A stretch of DNA of 64,000 nucleotides from Gammaproteobacteria bacterium (GTDB taxonomy: Bacteria; Pseudomonadota; Gammaproteobacteria; Magnimaribacterales; D2472), in NCBI GenBank assembly GCA_965656035.1, contig CBFHIO010000001.1, positions 4,687 through 68,686 on the forward strand, written 5' to 3'. This document shows positions 1 to 9,456 of the stretch, piece by piece. Below the pieces are notes generated by a model. It did not search any database. It saw nothing but the letters and a program-made list of their open reading frames with translations, and was not told the DNA's origin. Within the stretch, counting starts at the first letter, position 1. Each line of letters begins with the position of its first letter. The translations under genes were made by a program, and so were the position numbers.

Positions 1-1139
1 GACCCGAGACCTAAATTGGTTCCAGCGTATAATACTTTTTCAGATTTTGATTGATAAAAACTTAGCTCAGTATAAGCCTCAATACCATTTTCAAGCTCTC
101 TGTTTATAAACATTACAAAATTGTGACGGTCTAGTGGTCCTCTTTTATCATAGGTTTCACCATAATTAGTTCTATTTTCAGCTCTAATTGAACTAGAGTC
201 GTATATACACATATTTGTAATACCTGGAATAGAGTACAAATTAGTTGTTGAACTGCTTTGACAATTACTGTCATCAGGCCTATACATTGAATGAACATTT
301 GAACCAGACCCTGTATAGAATTGTCCCCAAACTGAGTTAGCACTAGCATTTCTCCATGTTGTGTCATTAAACTGTCCATCTGGATCAGTACCTGCAGGAT
401 CAGGTAAATATCTTCTTAAGTCACCATTGACCCATTTTGGATCTTCAGCTCCTCTAATTTTCTCTCTGACATAACCATCATAATAAACGGAAACATTTGT
501 ACCATCTGCAAAGTCTTTACCCCACTGAATACTAACTTTATTATCATTTGCTGCAAAACTGTCATACCAGTTAGTTCTTAATCTTACTGTTAATCCCTCA
601 AAATCATCTTTTAAAACAGTATTAATAACACCTGCTACAGCATCAGCACCATAAATTGATGCAGCTCCATCTCTTAGAATTTCTATTCTTTCAGAACCAT
701 AAACAGGGATAACGTTTGAATTAACACTTGATACCGGGATAAAACTTCCTCCGATATATTCTGTTGCAAAGCCTGGAGATTGAACTAACCTTCTTCCATT
801 TAACAAGGTTAAAGTATTGCCCGTACCAATATTTCTTAAATCTAATGATCCAACATCACCTCTTGAGGCATTGTATCCACCACTAAAATCAGTTTGGTTA
901 AAAGTATTACTCCCCATTTCAGCTAATTCAGCAAACAGCTCATCACCCGACTCGACACCAATACCTTCAATATCTTCGGTACTAATGACTGTTACAGGAA
1001 GAGCACCTGTTATTTTTGCTCCCTTAATTTGCGATCCAACGGTAACAACTTCTTCAACGTCTGAAGCAGTGCCTGAATCCTGAGAAATTGCATTGATAGA
1101 AATAACCAATGGAAATACTATTAGTAGTTTTTTAAACAT
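1..1139 (-). CDS. TonB-dependent outer-membrane receptor, N-terminal part (the C-terminus lies beyond the left window edge)
   Basis: This gene is absent from the ORF track because it has no in-window stop. The ATG is the reverse complement of 1137-1139, and I translated the frame by hand to position 1 without finding a stop. The product begins MFKKLLIVFPLVISINAISQ, a signal peptide. It continues EEVVTVGS (TonB-box-like) and has plug-domain motifs NIGTGNTLTLLNGRR and ERIEILRDGAASIYGADAVAGVINTVLK. Confidence 0.8.
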   Translation of the reverse strand, partial: MFKKLLIVFPLVISINAISQDSGTASDVEEVVTVGSQIKGAKITGALPVTVISTEDIEGIGVESGDELFAELAEMGSNTFNQTDFSGGYNASRGDVGSLDLRNIGTGNTLTLLNGRRLVQSPGFATEYIGGSFIPVSSVNSNVIPVYGSERIEILRDGAASIYGADAVAGVINTVLKDDFEGLTVRLRTNWYDSFAANDNKVSIQWGKDFADGTNVSVYYDGYVREKIRGAEDPKWVNGDLRRYLPDPAGTDPDGQFNDTTWRNASANSVWGQFYTGSGSNVHSMYRPDDSNCQSSSTTNLYSIPGITNMCIYDSSSIRAENRTNYGETYDKRGPLDRHNFVMFINRELENGIEAYTELSFYQSKSEKVLYAGTNLGLG

Positions 1140-1252
1140 TTTTTAATCCCCTAAATCTAAATAAATATTAAATCCTCTATCAGTATATAATTTAATGACT
1201 TTTGTTGTCTACTATCAAAATGATATTGTAAGAAGCGAGTGTAATGAATTTT

Positions 1253-2668
1253 TTAATCACCCTTAAGAAGAAAAGACATAAGATCATCTAATCTTTTTAA
1301 AACTTCTTTTTTATCAAATAAGTATAGGGTTGTCCCTAGTGAGGGTGAATTAGTCGAACCTGTTAAAGCTATCCTTATCGGCTGGTTTACTTTTGGGATC
1401 GGTAAGTCATGCTCTGTTCTATAATCAAGAAGAAGCCTGTCAAGAGATTCTTCTTCCCATAAATCTAATTCAACAATTTTATTCTTTAGATCATTAAGGA
1501 CCGTATACGAACTTCCAATAAATTTATCTATAGCTTTATGGTCATATGAATCAATGTCTTTAAAGTAACACACTAGATTTCTGCTAACCCCTTTAAGGGT
1601 ATTAGACGATGATCTCATTGACTCAATTAAAAGATCTTTTTTGGGATGGTCATTTATATCAATACCCTCATCATTTAAAAATGGGTTTATAGCAGTTACA
1701 AATTCTTCCTGAGATAAATTTGCCATGTGTTGAGAATTAAGAAAATCAAGCTTTGTGACATCAAAAATTGCTCCAGCTTTTTGAACCTCAGTTATTTCAA
1801 AGTCTTTAATCAAATCGTCAAGATAAAAAACTTCTTTTTCACCTCTAGACCAGCCAAGTCTTGCTAAAGTATTTAGAATGGCTGAATCAAGATACCCTTC
1901 ATCTTTGTATTCAGCTAGACTTGTTGCAGCATGTCTTTTTGACAGTCTTTTTTTATCAGCCCCAAGAACGAGAGGCAGATGAGCGTATTCAAGCTCTGGA
2001 TAGTCTAAAGCATTTTGAATATGTATTTGTCTTGGCGTATTACTTATATGATCTTCGCCTCTAATAACGGTGGTAACGCCCTGTTCATAGTCATCAACCA
2101 CGTTACATAAATGGTATGTTGGACTCCCATCACTTCTAAGAATAATTAAATCATCAAGTTCGCCGTTATTGAAAATAATATCTCCACGAACATAGTCCTT
2201 AACTACTATTTCTCCATCTAGGGGTGTTTTTAACCTCAGAACTGTATCATTAGATTTTGCTAAATTTAGATTTCTACACTTTCCATCATATTGGGGTTTT
2301 TGCCCGTTAGCTTGTTGCTCAGATCTCATTTTTTCTAATCTTTCAACAGAGCAGTTGCAGAAATATGCCTGCCCTGAATCTATAATTTTTTGGGCAGCCG
2401 CTTCATAGATATGTCCTCTTTCTGATTGATTTATAGGCTTTTCATCTGGTGAAAGACCAATTGAATCCAAGCTTTCAAGAATATCCTTCTCAAACTCTTT
2501 AGTAGATCTTTCTCTATCAGTATCTTCAATTCTAACTAAAAACTTTCCAGAATGTTTTTTAGCATACACGTAATTAAACAAGGCGGTTCTTACACCACCA
2601 ATATGCAAGGTGCCAGTTGGGCTTGGAGCAAATCTTGTAATAACTTTTTTCAATGAACTTTCCTCCAA
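1253..2668 (-). CDS. gltX: Glutamyl-tRNA synthetase
   Basis: 471 aa. It carries the class I signatures PSPTGTLHIGG (HIGH-type) and RLSKR (KMSKS-type). The overall GluRS layout is present. Confidence 0.95.
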   Translation of the reverse strand: MEESSLKKVITRFAPSPTGTLHIGGVRTALFNYVYAKKHSGKFLVRIEDTDRERSTKEFEKDILESLDSIGLSPDEKPINQSERGHIYEAAAQKIIDSGQAYFCNCSVERLEKMRSEQQANGQKPQYDGKCRNLNLAKSNDTVLRLKTPLDGEIVVKDYVRGDIIFNNGELDDLIILRSDGSPTYHLCNVVDDYEQGVTTVIRGEDHISNTPRQIHIQNALDYPELEYAHLPLVLGADKKRLSKRHAATSLAEYKDEGYLDSAILNTLARLGWSRGEKEVFYLDDLIKDFEITEVQKAGAIFDVTKLDFLNSQHMANLSQEEFVTAINPFLNDEGIDINDHPKKDLLIESMRSSSNTLKGVSRNLVCYFKDIDSYDHKAIDKFIGSSYTVLNDLKNKIVELDLWEEESLDRLLLDYRTEHDLPIPKVNQPIRIALTGSTNSPSLGTTLYLFDKKEVLKRLDDLMSFLLKGD

Positions 2669-3366
2669 ATTGTCTCAATAGAATTTCTTTTTTCAATATC
2701 TGTTAATCTAGACTCATGCTCATCTATATCATTTTTGTTTGCAGTAATGGAAACTAATTCAATACCTTTTCTAGAAATAATACTATCAGAAGATGTTTTT
2801 TCATTATTAGCTAAGTTATTCAAATTAAATTCGAATTTACTTTGTCCTCCTGTTAACGACATATAAACATCAGCTAAAATATTTGCATCCAACAAAGCAC
2901 CGTGAAATGTTCTGTCATAGCCCGAAATCTCAAATCGGTTTGCCAAAGCGTCTAATGAATTTCTCTGTCCAGGAAATTTGTCTTTAGCGATTGCTAGCGA
3001 ATCTTCAATTTCACATATCTCTTCAAGCATGGGATATTTTGAGGACGCTATTTTTAGTTCATTATTTAAAAAACCAACATCAAAGGCAGCATTATGTATA
3101 ACTAAAGTTGAGCCATCTATAAACTCTAAAAATTCATCTGCTATATCTTCGAAATATGGTTTGTCTATAAGATCTTCGTTCATTATTCCATGAACTTTGG
3201 ATGCCTCTTCATCAATTAACCTTGATGGATTTAAGTAAGTATGAAAATGTTCCTCAGATTTTTTTCTGTCATTGAGTAAAACGGCTCCAATTTCGATAAT
3301 TCTGTGACCTCGTTGCACTTCTAAGCCGGTAGTCTCTGTATCTAAAATTATATATTTTTTACTCAT
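2650..3366 (-). CDS. dnaQ: DNA polymerase III epsilon subunit (3'-5' proofreading exonuclease)
   Basis: 238 aa with the three DEDDh exonuclease motifs: ILDTETTG, HNAAFDVGFL and HGALLDANILADVY. Confidence 0.93.
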   Translation of the reverse strand: MSKKYIILDTETTGLEVQRGHRIIEIGAVLLNDRKKSEEHFHTYLNPSRLIDEEASKVHGIMNEDLIDKPYFEDIADEFLEFIDGSTLVIHNAAFDVGFLNNELKIASSKYPMLEEICEIEDSLAIAKDKFPGQRNSLDALANRFEISGYDRTFHGALLDANILADVYMSLTGGQSKFEFNLNNLANNEKTSSDSIISRKGIELVSITANKNDIDEHESRLTDIEKRNSIETIWRKVH

Positions 3367-3373
3367 AATTGCT

Positions 3374-3808
3374 TTATAGTGTATCTATGCCTTTGTTAGC
3401 AAGCTGATCAGCTATTTCATTTTGCTCATGACCAGAATGACCTTTAACCCAAGACCATTTTACATCATGCATTTCAACATATTTATCAAGCTCAACCCAT
3501 AGGTCTTTATTTTTTACATCTTTTTTGGATGAGTTTTTCCAATTATTTTTTTTCCAATTATCAATCCATGAAGTTATGCCCTGCATGACATACTTTGAAT
3601 CGGTAGTTAAGCAAACATTGCAAGGCTCTTTTAGTGCTTTCAAACCCTCAATGGCAGCCTTTAACTCCATTTGATTGTTAGTTGTATTAAGCTCTCCTCC
3701 AAAATATTCTTTTCTAACATCACCGTACTCGATAAGCACACCCCAGCCTCCAACGCCGGGGTTGCCTCTGCATGCACCATCCGTATAAATGTTTACTGTT
3801 TTCATCAA
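3374..3808 (-). CDS. rnhA: Ribonuclease HI
   Basis: 144 aa with the motifs [19 protein letters not shown] and [15 protein letters not shown]. Confidence 0.95.
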   Translation of the reverse strand: MMKTVNIYTDGACRGNPGVGGWGVLIEYGDVRKEYFGGELNTTNNQMELKAAIEGLKALKEPCNVCLTTDSKYVMQGITSWIDNWKKNNWKNSSKKDVKNKDLWVELDKYVEMHDVKWSWVKGHSGHEQNEIADQLANKGIDTL

Positions 3809-3827
3809 ATTAACTTAGAATCTGTAT

Positions 3828-4592
3828 ATGATTAATATAGAGCCTATTGAAGCATTTAGCGATAATTATATTTGGTTAATAACAACTAATGAAGGGTCAT
3901 TGGTTGTTGATCCAGGTGAAAGCAATGGTTTATTAAAAACTCTAAAAGAAAACGATCTGGATTTAAAAGCTATTCTCATTACTCACCATCATTATGATCA
4001 TACCGGAGGTATTGAAGAAATACTTTCTGAAAGGTCTATTGATGTATATGGACCAAATAATGATATTGACTTAATAAACGTCAGAGTCTCTAGTGCCTCC
4101 AAGTTAAAATTATTAGGGATTGAGTTTGAAGTTATTGAAATTCCTGGACACACACTCGATCACATTGCCTTCTTTTCAGAAAACAATGGTAATCCAATTT
4201 TATTTTGTGGTGATACTTTATTTGCTGGGGGATGCGGAAGAGTTTTTGAAGGTACTTTTGAACAGATGTATGATTCCTTATCAATTTTAAAAAAACTTCC
4301 TTTGAATACAAAGGTTTATTCAGGTCATGAATATACAGAATCAAATCTTAAGTTTGCCAAAAGTGTTGAGCCACTTAATCAAAAAATAATTTCACGATAT
4401 AATGAAGTTATTGAACTTAGAAAACAAGGACTGCCTTCACTACCAACAACAATAGAACTAGAATTAGAAACAAATCCATTTTTTAGAGTGGATCAAAGTG
4501 AAGTTCAAGAATTAATATCAGAAAAATTTAATACACCAAGAACTAATAAAGATACATTTATAGCAATCAGACAATGGAAAGACAATTTTTAG
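3828..4592 (+). CDS. gloB: Hydroxyacylglutathione hydrolase (glyoxalase II)
   Basis: 254 aa with the metallo-beta-lactamase motif THHHYDHTGG. It sits beside mltD and rnhA, the usual gammaproteobacterial context. Confidence 0.92.
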   Translation: MINIEPIEAFSDNYIWLITTNEGSLVVDPGESNGLLKTLKENDLDLKAILITHHHYDHTGGIEEILSERSIDVYGPNNDIDLINVRVSSASKLKLLGIEFEVIEIPGHTLDHIAFFSENNGNPILFCGDTLFAGGCGRVFEGTFEQMYDSLSILKKLPLNTKVYSGHEYTESNLKFAKSVEPLNQKIISRYNEVIELRKQGLPSLPTTIELELETNPFFRVDQSEVQELISEKFNTPRTNKDTFIAIRQWKDNF

Positions 4593-6073
4593 CAGCTTCT
4601 TTATTCTTCTTGCTTGGGCTTTCTAGCTGCCAATCCACGCCTGCTATAGAAAGTAATAACGATGCAAATTGCTTACCAGACTCTACTAATTCAGAATGTT
4701 ATAAAAATGATGTTATTTCAGCCAAAAAACCACAACCGTTAGCTCAGAATGTATGGGAATACATGATTATTAATAATAATCATGCTCATGATGTTACTTT
4801 TGATAAAAAAACTCTAAATTATATTAACAATCATTTAAAAGACGTTGATAAATTTAATGAGTTCCTAGGTAATTCCTATTATTTTATTTACTATGTAATT
4901 CAAGAACTAGAAGCTGCCGACCTGCCTACTGAATTAGCACTAATACCTTTTGTTGAGAGCAACTATGATCCTTTTTCAATATCTCCTTCTGGAGCCGTAG
5001 GTCTTTGGCAGTTTATGCCAAAAACTGGAAGAATATTTAATCTTGAAAAGTCTTGGTGGAACGAAGACAGACACGATCCTTATAGATCAACTCATGCCGC
5101 AATAGGTTATTTTAAATATTTGTTTGAAAGATTTGATAACGACTTATACCTTGCTCTAGCTGCATATAATGCAGGACCTACCTATCTAGAGAGACAAATA
5201 AAAAAAAATAAAAGACTAAATCTAGATTATGATTTTTGGTCTTTAGATCTAAACAAACAAGTTACAGAATACATCCCAAAATATATTGCTATAAGAGAAA
5301 TTGTTTTCAACTCTAAAAAATATGGGATTAATTTACCAGACATACCTGTTGAATCGGTTGTTAAAAGAATAGAAATACCAGGTCAAGTTGAAATATTAAC
5401 TTTGAGTGAGTATTTACAAATACCGCCAGAGCTTATTTACAAGCTAAATGCAGGTTACACTAAATGGGCATCAGCACCAAAAGATAAAAGTATTTTTTAT
5501 GTTCCCATTGAAAAAACTTATCTATTGGATAGCCCAGATAGTCCATTTGATAACGTGAATCAAATTAACTGGATTTCACATATCGTGGAATCTGGTGACA
5601 GTCTATGGAAGCTTGCTAAGAAATATGATACTGAAGTAAAAATTATTAAAAAGATTAACTACCTTGAAACTGATTTATTGTCTTTAAAAGATACCCTTTT
5701 GATACCTCTAAGCAGCACTAAATCAAATAATTTTATCCCTTACGAAATGCATATTGTGTCAGAGGGAGACACTCTTTGGAGTATTTCAAATAAATATAAT
5801 ATGAATGTCAGAGATATAATGAAAATGAATTCCTTAAATCAAAATTCTATCTTACAACTTGGCCAGCAACTTACTATTGGCAATAAGAATATACATAGAA
5901 ATATTGAGTCAAAGAAAAGAACTATTCTATATTCAGTCAAACAAGGTGATAATCTTTACAAGATTTCTGACATTTTTGATGTAAGTGTAGAGAGTATCAA
6001 ACAGATAAATGATTTTGAATCATCTGATTTGATGCCTGGACAAATAATAAAAATAGCAATAAGAGCTTTTTAG
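4574..6073 (+). CDS. mltD: Membrane-bound lytic murein transglycosylase D-like lipoprotein with three LysM repeats
   Basis: 499 aa. The lipobox is LGLSSC. The SLT catalytic region reads LIPFVESNYDP...AYNAGP. Three C-terminal LysM repeats are present: GDSLWKLAKKY, GDTLWSISNKY and GDNLYKISDIF. Confidence 0.85.
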   Translation: MERQFLAASLFFLLGLSSCQSTPAIESNNDANCLPDSTNSECYKNDVISAKKPQPLAQNVWEYMIINNNHAHDVTFDKKTLNYINNHLKDVDKFNEFLGNSYYFIYYVIQELEAADLPTELALIPFVESNYDPFSISPSGAVGLWQFMPKTGRIFNLEKSWWNEDRHDPYRSTHAAIGYFKYLFERFDNDLYLALAAYNAGPTYLERQIKKNKRLNLDYDFWSLDLNKQVTEYIPKYIAIREIVFNSKKYGINLPDIPVESVVKRIEIPGQVEILTLSEYLQIPPELIYKLNAGYTKWASAPKDKSIFYVPIEKTYLLDSPDSPFDNVNQINWISHIVESGDSLWKLAKKYDTEVKIIKKINYLETDLLSLKDTLLIPLSSTKSNNFIPYEMHIVSEGDTLWSISNKYNMNVRDIMKMNSLNQNSILQLGQQLTIGNKNIHRNIESKKRTILYSVKQGDNLYKISDIFDVSVESIKQINDFESSDLMPGQIIKIAIRAF

Positions 6074-6924
6074 TTGTCAGCGGTTTTTGGATCAAGAGCA
6101 TCTCTTAATCCATCTCCAAAAAAGTTTAAGGCGAAAAGAGTTATGGTAAAAGTAATACCAGGATAAACCAATAACCAGCTATATTCTTCCATAGATTCAA
6201 CACCGTCTTTTATTAAAGTGCCCCAGCTACTCATTGGAGGCTGAATGCCCAATCCTAGAAAGCTTAAAAAGCCTTCAAGTAGCATAACTTGAGGTATTGT
6301 TAATGTTGCATAAACAGCTATAGGTCCTAAGATGTTTGGTAACAAATGTTTTCTAAACATTGAAAAATTACTAACACCCATTGCTTTTGCAGCCATGATA
6401 AATTCTTGATTCTTCAAGCCCATTACCTGACCCCTAACAATTCTTGCCATAGTTAACCATTCTACAGCGCCAATTGCTCCGAATAATAACCATAAGTTTC
6501 TTCCAAAAATCACCATAAGTAGAATAATAAAAATTATGAAAGGAAGTCCATATAGAATATCAACTATTCTCATCATTACAGAATCAACTCTTCCTCCAGC
6601 ATAACCAGCAATAATTCCCCAAGAAACACCAATAACAAGTGCAACACCAGTTGCAACAAAACCAACTAAGAGAGAAATTCTTGCTCCATATAATATCCTG
6701 CTAAGCATATCTCTTCCAAGAACATCAGTGCCTAAAATGTGTTCTGCCGACGGCGGTGATGCGCCTAGCTCTAGATTTTGAAAAGAATATGAATAAGGTG
6801 CAATCCAAGGAGCAAGTGCAGCACATAATATTAGTATCAATAATATAAACGCACCAAACATAGCAGCTTTGTTACGAGTTAATCTATATATTGCATCGGA
6901 CCATAACGTAGAACTTTTAGTCAT
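6070..6924 (-). CDS. Peptide-type ABC transporter permease (OppC/DppC-like)
   Basis: A multi-TM BPD-type permease. I place the start at MTKSST (ATG 6922-6924), which forms an ATGA overlap with the stop of the upstream permease. The track start at 6954 is probably an over-extension. Confidence 0.85.
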   Translation of the reverse strand: MTKSSTLWSDAIYRLTRNKAAMFGAFILLILILCAALAPWIAPYSYSFQNLELGASPPSAEHILGTDVLGRDMLSRILYGARISLLVGFVATGVALVIGVSWGIIAGYAGGRVDSVMMRIVDILYGLPFIIFIILLMVIFGRNLWLLFGAIGAVEWLTMARIVRGQVMGLKNQEFIMAAKAMGVSNFSMFRKHLLPNILGPIAVYATLTIPQVMLLEGFLSFLGLGIQPPMSSWGTLIKDGVESMEEYSWLLVYPGITFTITLFALNFFGDGLRDALDPKTADN

Positions 6925-7844
6925 GAGACATCTCTTGACCTCGGGTTTAGCCACATCGCTGCAAGATCAGACAATAAATTAAATAAAACTATCATGGCAG
7001 AGAAAAATATTGTTGTGCCCAATATCATTGTGTAATCTCTATTAAAAGCTGCTTCAACATAAAATCTTCCAAGCCCTGGGATTTGAAAAATGGTCTCAAC
7101 AACAAATGATCCTGCTAATAGCCCAGCGATTGCAGGCCCTAAAAATGATACAACAGGAATTAGTCCTCCCTGCATTGCATGTTTGATAACTACATTTCTT
7201 TCAGTAAGACCTTTCGCCCTTGCAGTTCGTATAAAATCTTGATTTAAAACTTCTAACATACCGCCCCTGCTTAACCTGGCAATATAAGCAGCGTAAGCAA
7301 AGCCCAAAGTAATTGAAGGTAAAATTTTATCACCTGGAAGCTGACCCCAACCTGAAACTGGGAGAATTTCCAAATTTATACCAAAAATTAGCACCAAAAG
7401 AGGACCCATTAAAAATGTTGGAACGCATATTCCTATCATGGCGATAGCCATTGGAATAAAATCAAGATAGGTATTTCTTTTTAAAGCCGCCAATACTCCA
7501 GAAAATACGCCAATAAGTAATGCAATTAAAATTGCATAAAAAGCTAACTCAAATGTAACTGGCAACCCAGTTGCAATCATCTCTGAGACAGATCTGCCCG
7601 GGAACCTAAAAGAAGGACCAAAATCACCTTTAAGAATTCCTGTCATATAGTCTATGTACTGCTCCCATTCAGAAGCATCTAAGTTATATGCTTCGTTAAG
7701 ATTTTTTAAAACCTGAGGTGAGACAGCCTTGTCAGCATCAAAAGGTCCGCCAGGGGCTAGTTTTATCAAAAAAAAGGTTAAGCTAGCTACAGCGAGCAAT
7801 ACTGGAATAGCCAGTAACAACCTTCTAATTAAGATATTTAACAC
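6921..7844 (-). CDS. Peptide-type ABC transporter permease (OppB/DppB-like)
   Basis: 307 aa. The N-terminus MLNILIRRLL..LAPGGPF and the loop IRTARAKGL are typical of OppB/DppB permeases. Confidence 0.85.
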   Translation of the reverse strand: MLNILIRRLLLAIPVLLAVASLTFFLIKLAPGGPFDADKAVSPQVLKNLNEAYNLDASEWEQYIDYMTGILKGDFGPSFRFPGRSVSEMIATGLPVTFELAFYAILIALLIGVFSGVLAALKRNTYLDFIPMAIAMIGICVPTFLMGPLLVLIFGINLEILPVSGWGQLPGDKILPSITLGFAYAAYIARLSRGGMLEVLNQDFIRTARAKGLTERNVVIKHAMQGGLIPVVSFLGPAIAGLLAGSFVVETIFQIPGLGRFYVEAAFNRDYTMILGTTIFFSAMIVLFNLLSDLAAMWLNPRSRDVS

Positions 7845-7850
7845 TAAAGT

Positions 7851-9455
7851 CTAATCTCTCTCTAGATATATAAATTTAGGATGATGGTGATCTAGGATAT
7901 GAGGATTATATCCCTTAACATCAGGAGATAATTGGTATGGCCTCACATAGGTATAAAGAGGAATAATAGGCATATTTTCAATTAATATTTTCTCAGCCTC
8001 ATCTAGTAATTGATATCTCAAAGCTTGATCATTTGTTGAATTTGCCTTTGCTACCAGAGAATCATACTCATAGTTTTCCCAACCCGTCTTGTTATTTCCT
8101 CTATTGGGTCTCATTAAATCAAGAAATGTATTGGGATCTTGATAATCTCCAATCCAGCCTGCTCTGGAGACTTGAAAGTCACCAACCATCTCACGGCTTA
8201 AATAAACCTTCCAGTCCTGGTTAACCAATTCAACTTCTATACCCAAATTCTGTTGCCACATTTGCTGAATAGCTAAAGCAACTTTTCTATGATCCTCATT
8301 TGTATTAAAAAGTATCTCGAGCTTAGGAAACAGGTTTTCTGAATCATAGCCCGCCTCAGCTAGTAATTCCCTTGCTAAGGCTGGATCAAAAGGTATAGAC
8401 GTTGTTGGTTCATAACCATTTGAGCCAGGAGGAGTAAATGAATATGCAGGAATCTGGCCGCATTTCGTTACTTTTTCAACCAAGAGCTTTCTATCAATAG
8501 AATAAGCCAATGCCTTCCTAACTCTTATGTCACTTAGATAAGGATTAGTGGTATTCAATCTATAAAAATATGTCCCCATATACGGATCGATTCTTAGATC
8601 AGGATTGCCTTCCTCTATATATACTGGACATTTTTGAGAGGGTAAAGTGCTGGTCACATGAAGCTGACCAGCTCTAAACATTCTATCCTCTGTCATTACG
8701 TTTGATACAGGATAATAATGTATTTCATTTAGTTGAACTGTAGAAGCATCCCAATACATAGGATTTTTTTCTACGACTATTTTATTATTTAGCTCCCATG
8801 ATTTGAGACTGAAAGCTCCATTGCATACAAAATTACCTGGTCTAGTCCACTCACCATTTCTATCATCAATAGATCCATGCTTAAGTACAGTTTCCTTATG
8901 CACCGGCCAAGTACTGTAGTGGCTCAATAGGCCTGTAAAAAAAGGTGTCGGAGCTTTGAGCTTGACTTCAAGAGTATGGCTATCTATAGCTTTAACACCA
9001 ACAGTACTAAAATCATTAGTTTCTCCAGTATGGTATTCCTGTGCTCCTTCTAGATAATAAAGCATGTCAGGATACTGAGAGCCAAGACTTGCAGTCAATA
9101 TCCTTTGCCATGACCATACAAAATCATCTGCTGTAACTGGATCACCATTAGACCATCTGCCGTTTTTTCTCAATTTAAAAATATAAATCTTTCCGTCATC
9201 ACTTACAGTCCATGATTCTGCAGCACCTGGAAGATTTTCATCATCAAATGGATTAGGAATAGTTAAGCCCTCGCATAATGATATTAAAATATGATGTTCA
9301 GGGACACCAGTTACTATATGAGGATCAATACCCTGAGGCTCTGAACCATTTCCAAAGTGAAATATTTGCTTTTCAAGACCATCATCCACAGGGGATAGGC
9401 TAGACGAGCAACCTATAAGAAAAAATAAAACTATAAAAACTGAATAATATCTCAT
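7851..9455 (-). CDS. ABC transporter substrate-binding lipoprotein, family 5 (oligo/dipeptide type)
   Basis: About 534 aa. I place the start at MRYYSVFIVLFFLIGCSS (lipobox LIGC; ATG is the reverse complement of 9453-9455). The family-5 SBP layout is present. Confidence 0.85.
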   Translation of the reverse strand: MRYYSVFIVLFFLIGCSSSLSPVDDGLEKQIFHFGNGSEPQGIDPHIVTGVPEHHILISLCEGLTIPNPFDDENLPGAAESWTVSDDGKIYIFKLRKNGRWSNGDPVTADDFVWSWQRILTASLGSQYPDMLYYLEGAQEYHTGETNDFSTVGVKAIDSHTLEVKLKAPTPFFTGLLSHYSTWPVHKETVLKHGSIDDRNGEWTRPGNFVCNGAFSLKSWELNNKIVVEKNPMYWDASTVQLNEIHYYPVSNVMTEDRMFRAGQLHVTSTLPSQKCPVYIEEGNPDLRIDPYMGTYFYRLNTTNPYLSDIRVRKALAYSIDRKLLVEKVTKCGQIPAYSFTPPGSNGYEPTTSIPFDPALARELLAEAGYDSENLFPKLEILFNTNEDHRKVALAIQQMWQQNLGIEVELVNQDWKVYLSREMVGDFQVSRAGWIGDYQDPNTFLDLMRPNRGNNKTGWENYEYDSLVAKANSTNDQALRYQLLDEAEKILIENMPIIPLYTYVRPYQLSPDVKGYNPHILDHHHPKFIYLERD

Positions 9456-9456
9456 A

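Noticed and set aside
131-1083. Track ORFs 131-379 (minus strand) and 817-1083 (plus strand).
   Set aside because: Both lie inside, and out of frame with, the TonB-dependent receptor reading frame, whose motifs are convincing.
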